Shown here piece after piece: positions 9,380 to 17,117 of a stretch of DNA of 64,000 nucleotides; the stretch's first letter is position 1; every line of letters begins with the position of its first letter. The stretch covers positions 32,001 through 96,000 of IMG/VR virus record IMGVR_UViG_3300028920_000027. The stretch is one strand, 5' to 3'. Position numbers and translations under genes: made by a program. The stretch comes from a virus. Below the pieces are notes generated by a model. The model was not told the DNA's origin, made no database searches, and was given only the letters and a program-made list of their open reading frames with translations.

Positions 9380-11316
9380 AGCTCGATACCTTCCTCCAGG
9401 GCTCCGGCGAACTCGACTGCCAAGGGCTCAACCTCGACCTCAGGGTCGAGCTCGATGTCGAAATCAGCTGTGTGCCGCTGTAGATCCATCTCGGCCATCA
9501 TACTGACCCCATTGTTAACGAGATTCGCGAAGTTGATTTCTGTCGATCTGCCGGATGCCAGAACCGCACGCTGGGCCTCGGCCTTACCCTCCGGGTACTC
9601 CACCTGCTCCACAACGGGCCTGCCAATCGCTCGACATATGCCCTGGTCGTTGCGAAACACACACGATGTGCAGGCGCTCCCGAGCTTCACAAACGGGACC
9701 CCCCGGCTCCGATGTAGGCGTGACGCCTCCTTGCAGCCCCGACCGTAATCGTCGTAAACCGTTGGATCTACATAGTAAATCCCCTGAAGTCCCTGCTCGG
9801 CTATGAACGGTTTGAGCTGGGCGACGGAAGCCATGAGGTCTCGCTTCTCGAAACGACTCTTGAGCGCGGCCATCAGCTCGGCCCCGTAGAGCCCCTCATT
9901 GAGGAAGCGGCGAGCTGTCTTGACGACTTCCCGCACTGTCAACCCGCCGGTCGAATGGGCATGCTCGCCCGCGATGTGGGCGCGCTCCACAAGGGCTCGA
10001 GAAGGGAGGCTTTGGACGGCGCCTGGGTGTCCCGAGGCAGCCTTGTGGATGGCTTGCAATGCCGCCTTAGGGGTCTCGCCCCACTCAACCTGAGAAGCCG
10101 TCCTGGGCAGCGTTCCGACGAGCCTGTGCTCCTCGATCACGGCATTGACTGTGGCGGCAGTTAACACCTCGTCAGGGCTCGCCACCAAGCGCTTGCCGTA
10201 CATCATGCACTGGCCCACCTGGGCGTAGATGCACGAGGCACATTTGGGCCCGGCCACGATTGCACGGGTTTTGCTCCCCCGCCGGGCCAAGAAATCAGCG
10301 CCCTCATGGCAAGAGTCGAACGACTCCTGAGTCGTGTAGACTGTGCCGTACACTCCCGCCTCGCGGAAGAGGGGCTCCCAGTGAGCTCGAGTCTCGTCGA
10401 GCAAATTGCCATCGAAGCTCAACTTCAGTGTCTTCAGGAGTCCCAGCTCGCTCCGGCCCTTGTGCATCTCACGGCGCAAAGTCGCCAAGATAGGGCGAGC
10501 CTTGAGCGCCACGGGGTCATGTACCTTCTTCTTGGTGAGACGGTCCGCGGGCACGACCGCAGCTGCCCGGTTGGGCTGGCCACTGAACTGCCGAGGCTCT
10601 GGGGAGGCATCGTCAAGGAAAGCCGCTCGAATGCGTGCCCGAGGGCCCCCTTCAGTCGCGGCCTTGCCTTGGGACCGCTCGATAGCCACCGCCAGCTCTG
10701 TCGTGTACGGCACCTCGACGACCAGCTCCTTGTTGAAGACGGCGCAGTGATTACCATTGGCGTGGCGGCACTCCTGGCAGGTATCCTTGGCCTTGAGGTA
10801 CGGGGCTTTGCCCGCGAACCGACGGACGAACTCCGCTGCCTCGGGACGCCCAGTGTTACAGGTCGGGAAATCAGCGGCGTCGATGTAGTAGCGCCCCAGG
10901 AGCCCCCGCTCGGCCAAAACCCCCGCCAACGCGCTCTTGACGCTAGCAAGCCGAGATCCGAAACGGGTCCGCAGGGACTCGGCGATCCGCCCCGCGTGGG
11001 TCGTGCGCATCATGGCGAGTCGAGCCCCCCGCAAAATATCGGCGGGTTCGGACCGAAGCGGCCCATGCAGCTGGCTCATGTCACCCATGGTGTGGGGCGC
11101 ACCCGCGTTGGGAATGAGGTAGTTCGTGCTCGGTTGCCCTTCGTGACTCCAAAGAGCCTTCAGGTCCGGCACGACGTCAAGGTTCTGCTTTGGTAGGGTG
11201 TCTTCCTTGCGGTAGACCGACTCGTCGACCATCATCCAGTCGAGGTTGGCAGGAGTCTCTCCGTCCGCAACGGTGGCGTCCTTCATAATGTAGCCGATAT
11301 CGCCAATCTCGCTCAT
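9376..11316 (-). CDS. Virion-module protein with three Cys4 repeat domains (646 aa)
   Basis: Three units, each G..Y.D....C-x(~22-33)-CxxC-x7/8-C. Confidence 0.75.
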   Translation of the reverse strand: MSEIGDIGYIMKDATVADGETPANLDWMMVDESVYRKEDTLPKQNLDVVPDLKALWSHEGQPSTNYLIPNAGAPHTMGDMSQLHGPLRSEPADILRGARLAMMRTTHAGRIAESLRTRFGSRLASVKSALAGVLAERGLLGRYYIDAADFPTCNTGRPEAAEFVRRFAGKAPYLKAKDTCQECRHANGNHCAVFNKELVVEVPYTTELAVAIERSQGKAATEGGPRARIRAAFLDDASPEPRQFSGQPNRAAAVVPADRLTKKKVHDPVALKARPILATLRREMHKGRSELGLLKTLKLSFDGNLLDETRAHWEPLFREAGVYGTVYTTQESFDSCHEGADFLARRGSKTRAIVAGPKCASCIYAQVGQCMMYGKRLVASPDEVLTAATVNAVIEEHRLVGTLPRTASQVEWGETPKAALQAIHKAASGHPGAVQSLPSRALVERAHIAGEHAHSTGGLTVREVVKTARRFLNEGLYGAELMAALKSRFEKRDLMASVAQLKPFIAEQGLQGIYYVDPTVYDDYGRGCKEASRLHRSRGVPFVKLGSACTSCVFRNDQGICRAIGRPVVEQVEYPEGKAEAQRAVLASGRSTEINFANLVNNGVSMMAEMDLQRHTADFDIELDPEVEVEPLAVEFAGALEEGIEL

Positions 11317-12629
11317 TGGTAAATGTCCTTCTGGGGATCATGGACGGGCCCTCGTCGATGCTGGGGCGTCGAGTAGTCGTAGCGCACGTAACCGGTTGCA
11401 GCGTCCTCACCAAGGGCGTGGGTGTCGTGCAGCTCCGTGACGTTGGTCTCCTGCCAAACTTGCTCTTCCCCTGGTAGCTCAGATGAAGCCAAGGGCGTAT
11501 TGACGAGACTGCCCCGGTCTCCCTCGAAGTAGTCACTGCGAGCCACAGGCTCCTCAAAGTCTCCCGGAAGCTCACTGGCACTTTGGCGGTTGATGTTCAG
11601 CTCCACCGCGGGCGTCGTGTCTTCGATGAAGAGCGAGGCGTCCTCCTTGGGAAGGCTCTCCTGGGGATTCTCTACACCCTGACCCTTGGCGCCAAAGCCA
11701 AGACCGAAGTCATACCCTTCGGTGGGAGTACCATCGGTGGGGAGCGCGCTGGCTGCCAGGGCGTCGATGGCTTCCCCCCGCCCCATCGCCAGCAAGTCGG
11801 CCATGGTAGGGAGCCGTGCGAACCGTCGGAGGTCACCCCCATCCGAAACCTCTCGCTTCTTGACGAGCTGAGGGTCCTCATCGTTATAGGAACCGTAGGG
11901 ACCCTCACCCGTCGCCGGACCACGTTCATCTACGCGAGGGCCGCCGCTATCGTCCACGGTCGTCGAGGGTACGCTCGCCACCTTTACCCCCAAGTCGTCT
12001 TGAGAAGGTGTGTCCTGGGGGTTTAGGCTGCCCCCATCAGGTAACTTGGACCCCCCACCCTCTCGAGGATCCCTCAACCCTCCAGGACCGTCGTTCTCTT
12101 CCTCGATGTCCTTGATGCGCTGCTCGGCCTCGGCCTCGGGCTGCTCCATCACCTCTGCTGACTCCTCGACGAAACGCTGGATGTCCTCGACGGTATTGGA
12201 GTCGAGCTGGGAAAGCTTGGGCTGCCAGTGAGGCGCCTGGATCTCGTCGTAGAGCGTGTCAGCGATGGCGCTCAAAGCCTCGCTCGCCTCCCAAAGCTTC
12301 TTGCGGGTGTCGGCGATGCTCATGACGTAGCCGCGTCCTCCAAGGAGACCATCAGGACTGATGGTTGTGCTCTTGATGCGACTCAAGTGTCGGTGTGCCG
12401 TGAGCGCGTGTCCAAGCGCCACACTACACGCGAACAATGCCTTGCTGAGCGGCTTGAGGGCCTTGGGGTCAAAACCGTGATCCTTGGGAATGTCGCGCTT
12501 CTGGCTGCCCGCGTTCTGGTCGAATTGAGGGGGCACCTGCCCCTTCATAGATGGGGGTGCGCCCGCAGCGGTCTTGGGGCGCTCGCCTCGTGCATACCGT
12601 GCTGCCACCTTTCGTGCCACATCGCCCAT
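11313..12629 (-). CDS. Acidic scaffold/core-like protein with N-terminal RKVAARY motif (438 aa)
   Basis: Helical N-terminal third and long acidic disordered C-terminus; in head operon. Confidence 0.65.
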   Translation of the reverse strand: MGDVARKVAARYARGERPKTAAGAPPSMKGQVPPQFDQNAGSQKRDIPKDHGFDPKALKPLSKALFACSVALGHALTAHRHLSRIKSTTISPDGLLGGRGYVMSIADTRKKLWEASEALSAIADTLYDEIQAPHWQPKLSQLDSNTVEDIQRFVEESAEVMEQPEAEAEQRIKDIEEENDGPGGLRDPREGGGSKLPDGGSLNPQDTPSQDDLGVKVASVPSTTVDDSGGPRVDERGPATGEGPYGSYNDEDPQLVKKREVSDGGDLRRFARLPTMADLLAMGRGEAIDALAASALPTDGTPTEGYDFGLGFGAKGQGVENPQESLPKEDASLFIEDTTPAVELNINRQSASELPGDFEEPVARSDYFEGDRGSLVNTPLASSELPGEEQVWQETNVTELHDTHALGEDAATGYVRYDYSTPQHRRGPVHDPQKDIYQ

Positions 12630-12634
12630 CGAAT

Positions 12635-12922
12635 TTAACCCTTCAGGGGGTCTCCCCCATCCTCGAACAGACGCTCGATATAATAGTTACCGCCGTCCTG
12701 TCGAAGGGCCCACAGGTCACGGGTGCTCTTGTTGACCAAGGTCTCAGCGCTCTGACGCTCAAACTCTTTTAGGTCCGCCAAGGACGCAACCTTGACACGG
12801 GCAGAAGCCGTCCGCGGGGGGGTCTGTCCCACGGGAGTGACCACCTCAGGTTCACGAGCGAAGAAGCCGTCCAGACCTCCGCCAGTGCTGATTTCCATTC
12901 CTTTGAACTCGAAGTCGTGCAT
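12635..12922 (-). CDS. Hypothetical head-module protein (95 aa)
   Basis: Co-oriented and closely spaced, with AGGA-type RBS. Confidence 0.7.
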   Translation of the reverse strand: MHDFEFKGMEISTGGGLDGFFAREPEVVTPVGQTPPRTASARVKVASLADLKEFERQSAETLVNKSTRDLWALRQDGGNYYIERLFEDGGDPLKG

Positions 12923-12929
12923 GGTTCTC

Positions 12930-13835
12930 TCACTGGGTGATAGTCAAGCGGATGGTGACCTCTTCATAGTTGGACTCACTGTAACCGCTGACCCTCAAGG
13001 TTTCCTCGTAGGTCCCCACAACCATGCCAGCATCAGGTGCAACGTTGACGGTGACCATATCGGACGCACCCGAATTCAAGGAACCCGCGACAGGACCGAA
13101 GGACTTGAGCCACTCAATCGAACACCCCACACGCTGAATCTGGTAGTTTAGAACGGAGCCCGCGGGCCCTGTGTTCTCGACCGAGAAGCTCTGGGTGGGG
13201 GTGAGGGGGAAATCCCCAGTGAGAGGCTTGGCGGCCGTAAAGTTGAGGATCAATGGGGTCAGCGTAATAGCCGACTTGGGTCGGATGACGATGGTAACCG
13301 GAACTGTCTGGGGAGAGTTGTCTGCGTTGGGATCACTGATGGTGATGACTTCCACCATAGGACTATCCACCGCCAGCAGGTTGGTGGAGTTGACTGTCGC
13401 CTCAAACGAGCCCGCCTGGTTGAAAGCGAGACCCACGAGCTGCACAGGGTCAGTCTTCACGTAGTCCGCGCTCGTCGCAAGAGCGGCGCTCAGCTGCGAT
13501 CCGTAGACGCCGCCGTTGGTGACCACCACCGTCTGCGGATCGCTGAACCCACGGCCCTCGTCGACCTCGAACGTGAGGGATGTTGGCGGGCCCACCAGGA
13601 TGCTCGCCGGGAAATTGGCGCGGATCTCGGAGATACTGGTCGCCATGGCCTCAATCACACCACCAGGGATCGGCACCGAGTCACGCAGGATGCCATAGGG
13701 ACCGACGACGTCGAGGATACGAAAAACCGCCACCGCACCCGAGATGTCGTACTGAGTGGTCCACTTCCACCGCCCAGTCTGCGTGTCGAGCTGGAACTCG
13801 TAGTTTTGGGACTGGAGATTCGAGGCTAGAGTCAT
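12930..13835 (-). CDS. Ig-like (BACON-type) two-domain structural protein
   Basis: Beta-strand patterns with V.N.G..GS.L, .G.Y.ETL.VS and SPQTVPVTIVI; start refined to ATG 13835. Confidence 0.65.
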   Translation of the reverse strand: MTLASNLQSQNYEFQLDTQTGRWKWTTQYDISGAVAVFRILDVVGPYGILRDSVPIPGGVIEAMATSISEIRANFPASILVGPPTSLTFEVDEGRGFSDPQTVVVTNGGVYGSQLSAALATSADYVKTDPVQLVGLAFNQAGSFEATVNSTNLLAVDSPMVEVITISDPNADNSPQTVPVTIVIRPKSAITLTPLILNFTAAKPLTGDFPLTPTQSFSVENTGPAGSVLNYQIQRVGCSIEWLKSFGPVAGSLNSGASDMVTVNVAPDAGMVVGTYEETLRVSGYSESNYEEVTIRLTITQ

Positions 13836-13959
13836 CCACCGGAGACGGGGCATAAAAGGAAACCCTAGTCTCATCGGGAACCTACGCCCAGTTCGACCCC
13901 AAACTCCTTGGCAACGGTCGCCCCTTCAAACCACGCCGACCGCAAAACCCCAAATTAAG

Positions 13960-14165
13960 AGGGGTAAAGGAGGGCCTATGACCCCCTTTGACCTAGCGAC
14001 CTTCGTCGCGCCCATCGTCATCCGCCTCAGGCGGTGGCGGGGCCTAAAGCGACGATAAGGTCGGACGGAAGGGGTTTACCCTCCCGTCGCCATTACCCGC
14101 CAAAACGCTGGCGATTGATGTGGGCAGAAGATGCCCACACACAGTTCGCGGGCCACCCCTCGCGG
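13960..14165. ncRNA. Non-coding multi-hairpin element (candidate ncRNA, origin or regulatory RNA)
   Basis: About six consecutive inverted repeats, e.g. gaccttcgtcgc (13998) with gcgacgataaggtc (14049) enclosing ccgcctcaggcgg; gacggaaggg/ccctcccgtc; gtgggca/tgcccac. Confidence 0.4.
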
Positions 14166-14202
14166 CGGCACTCCTCGCACTTGCCGCAGGAATAGTGCCC
14201 CC

Positions 14203-14550
14203 TCAAGCCACGCCGGGTGAACTTGAACTTCGGGTCAGGCTTATGAAGTCGCCTACCCACTCGGGGTGGATCTTGACACCGTGCCCGCCCCAGTCAGGAT
14301 AGTTGCTGCTCTTGAGGTTGAGGCAGCGGTCTTTCATAGCAAGCCAAACGTTGTGCTCGGGTGTGTGGCTCATACCGTGCTTGAAGTTGGTACGGTGCCC
14401 CCTGCGTACGGGGCGCAGATCGACACCCTGACCCCACTTGCTCTGGGCCCGTTGGTTGTTGTTCTGCTCGAGTACCGTTGCCCAGCGCACGTTTCCGGGC
14501 TCGTAGTTGCCGTTGACGTCCTTGCGGTCAAAAACACTCATCTCCCCCAC
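14203..14550 (-). pseudogene. HNH homing-endonuclease remnant with domain halves in reversed order
   Basis: DRKDVNGNYEPGNVRWATVLEQNNN (C-half motif) precedes HGMSHTPEHNVWLAMKDRC...W (N-half motif), then truncates. Confidence 0.65.
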
Positions 14551-15280
14551 GCCCGCTCCATTGGGGCAATTTCACCTCGCGAAGAATGTTAAAGCGCTTC
14601 ATCCGTATAGTACTGAAAATCTGTTCATACGGCTTGAGGGTCTCGTCGTCGGAGGCCATTTCGGTCAGCCTGTCCACAGCCTTGAAGAACCTGTGCCTAA
14701 CTCGGCCCTGGGTAAGGCACAAGCGCTTGGCGACCTCGCTCTGGCAAGTCGTCGCCCACATCCCGACAAGGATTTCAACGTCCACCTGTATGGTCCCAAC
14801 ACCCCGACAAATGGGACAGTCCTCACCCTTGCAGCCCTGGGGGCAGTGGACCTGGCTGGGGAACACCCTAGCCAGGTCCCGTCGCATCTCTTCCTCAGCC
14901 ACCTGAGGGATGCTCAAGAGGAACTTGATGCGCTTGATCCCACGGTCGAGCCGATAACTAATGGCCGCCTGTGTCACCCCGAAAATGGTGGCAATATCAG
15001 CCTGGCGCTTCCCGTGGACGAAATAGAGGTAGATAAGGTCGGCTTCTCGTTCAGGAATGCGTTCGAGCAACGGGGCGACCCGGGCCTCGTAGTCTTCGGT
15101 CGCCGAAAATAACTCTGCGATGTCTTCAGGGTCGACAGGATTACCTTCGTCGTCAAAGACATACTCTGGGTCCTCGTCGTCATTGGCAGCCTCTTCATCC
15201 CATGGGTGAACTACATCTATCGGATTGCTGAATCGTTGGGCCAATTCATGGGGGTCCACTGGAATGATGTATGCTGCCAT
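14528..15280 (-). CDS. Sigma-70 region-4-like transcription factor with second HTH and Cys insert
   Basis: LLERIPEREADLIYLYFVHGKRQADIATIFGVTQAAISYRL (sigma4 HTH), HCPQGCKGEDCPIC, and CQSEVAKRLCLTQGRVRHRF. Confidence 0.75.
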   Translation of the reverse strand: MAAYIIPVDPHELAQRFSNPIDVVHPWDEEAANDDEDPEYVFDDEGNPVDPEDIAELFSATEDYEARVAPLLERIPEREADLIYLYFVHGKRQADIATIFGVTQAAISYRLDRGIKRIKFLLSIPQVAEEEMRRDLARVFPSQVHCPQGCKGEDCPICRGVGTIQVDVEILVGMWATTCQSEVAKRLCLTQGRVRHRFFKAVDRLTEMASDDETLKPYEQIFSTIRMKRFNILREVKLPQWSGRGGDECF

Positions 15281-17117
15281 TCTCGATCCTCGGCCCCAAC
15301 AGGGCATCCAGAATGGGGTCGGGGTTGACCCCAATCTCCCGCAGTCGGGAGGCAATACGATCTACATCTTCATCTGGGTTTGTGAGAAAGACAGTAACGT
15401 TTTGAAGGGTCATCAACTCGACGTTGAGAGTCACCTGCGGCTTAGCAGTTTGAAGCTGCTCGTACTGCCGCCCGGAGAGCCCGGCCAACCCCGACTTGAA
15501 AACCCCCTCCACGGTCCCGTGTGTCCGGACAAGATCCCTGAGGACTTTCTTTGGTACTCTGGCAACTCCTGGGATCTCATCGGACGTATCTCCGCAAAGA
15601 GCCCTAAGCTGTACCATTGAACTTGGAAGTACCCCAAACAGTTTCTCAACATCGGCCGGAGAGGTGAACTCCAACTCCTTCCGACCCCCAACTGCTGGCT
15701 GCAAAACATGGGTCGTCAGGGTCACCAACTGAAGCAGGTCGTTGTCGGTGGAGAAGACGACGTTGACCTGACCCTTCAGATGATCGCGCGTCAGGGTTGC
15801 AATAACATCATCGGCCTCGGCCTCCGGATTGATGCCCTGATAGACCCCCAGAGCCGGAAGGATCTCCATCAAATAGTCGATCTGGTTGAAGCCCCTGTCA
15901 GAACTGGAAAATTTTGACATCCTCGATTGACGCTTTGCCTTATACCCCGGAAAAGCGTCCTTCCGGCTCTGGGACGACCCCGGAGCGTCCCAGGCGACAT
16001 ACAGCCGCGCGTTGGGGTACCGCTTGCGTAGAGAACCTAACCCTCGCAAAAAACCGAAGATCACGCCCGTCGGGCGTCCCAACTCATCGGTCAAGTCCTT
16101 CAAATTGGGTGCGTGTAGGCACCTGTAGGCCAAGTTCATCCCATCCACGATGACGTTCTGAGTCACATCGCCTCCATCCAGTTGTGCAACCTGCTGAGCC
16201 AGCCGATCGCAAGCGTCCACAAGCCGTTGGAATCTTTCCAGGACCCCCTGCATCCACGCCAACTCCACGATGACGTTCTCGATACCTGCCACCTTCCGAC
16301 CCAAGAAGTCTGTCTGATAGAAGGTTACAAACGACCACAATCTGCGACCCTTAACTACCCACTCTCCCAGCTGCTCGAACTCCGCCATGCTACTGTTGCA
16401 GTGCACAACGAGGGCGTCAGATGCGTTCGCGACTAGCGACCAAAGACGGCAACCCCGAAACTGCCAGTCAGCGAACCGCGAGTAATCCCCCCACGCCTCC
16501 TTCAACGGCAACAGGGGCTGGTCCTCCCAGGTCAGGTAGGGTCGCGCGTGCATCAGCCATTCGCGCAACCGCGAGACGTGGTGTGCCATGGGAGACCCAG
16601 GAGCACGCTCGATGACCTTCAGGAAGGTTCGCGGCAACGTAAGCAGACTTTGCTTACTCCGTAATTGAACGTAAACCTGAACCTTTCCCTGCTCAGGAAT
16701 GTCGGCGACGACTTGTGCCGGAATCGACTGATAGGGGCCTTTGACGATCTCCACAGTGTCGCCAATACAAATCCCCTGGTCGGCCTCGATGCGTACCTGA
16801 CGCTTCAGACGCTCGACATCTGCATCGGTCACGGTCGACAAGCGACGATCTTTCCCATTACCCTCCGCCAAAAGGCTCTGCACGTAACGGGAACCTTCGA
16901 GCTTGAGGTAGGCCGCGTCCTCGTGGTCGCGGCGCACGAAAGCGTACCCGTCCATCAAGTAGCGAACGACCCGGTCCTCCCCAATCTGGGTGATGCTCGC
17001 AGGAATGAATACCTCCCCCTCCCCCCCAATAACTCGTAGGATGGACTTCGAGATCTCGTCAGGATCCTCAGACTCCCCGCGCAGGCTAAGCTCCAGAACT
17101 ACCCAATCAGTTGGCAT
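15246..17117 (-). CDS. NusG/RfaH-like (NGN+KOW) domain fused to PolA-type 5'-3' exonuclease
   Basis: DWVVLEL...VFIP...LMDGYAFV (NGN) and IGDTVEIVKGPY (KOW); VIVDGMNLAYR, VAWD, EADDVIATL, STDNDL, GDTSDEIPGV (5'-3' exonuclease); start refined to ATG 17117. Confidence 0.8.
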   Translation of the reverse strand: MPTDWVVLELSLRGESEDPDEISKSILRVIGGEGEVFIPASITQIGEDRVVRYLMDGYAFVRRDHEDAAYLKLEGSRYVQSLLAEGNGKDRRLSTVTDADVERLKRQVRIEADQGICIGDTVEIVKGPYQSIPAQVVADIPEQGKVQVYVQLRSKQSLLTLPRTFLKVIERAPGSPMAHHVSRLREWLMHARPYLTWEDQPLLPLKEAWGDYSRFADWQFRGCRLWSLVANASDALVVHCNSSMAEFEQLGEWVVKGRRLWSFVTFYQTDFLGRKVAGIENVIVELAWMQGVLERFQRLVDACDRLAQQVAQLDGGDVTQNVIVDGMNLAYRCLHAPNLKDLTDELGRPTGVIFGFLRGLGSLRKRYPNARLYVAWDAPGSSQSRKDAFPGYKAKRQSRMSKFSSSDRGFNQIDYLMEILPALGVYQGINPEAEADDVIATLTRDHLKGQVNVVFSTDNDLLQLVTLTTHVLQPAVGGRKELEFTSPADVEKLFGVLPSSMVQLRALCGDTSDEIPGVARVPKKVLRDLVRTHGTVEGVFKSGLAGLSGRQYEQLQTAKPQVTLNVELMTLQNVTVFLTNPDEDVDRIASRLREIGVNPDPILDALLGPRIENGSIHHSSGPP

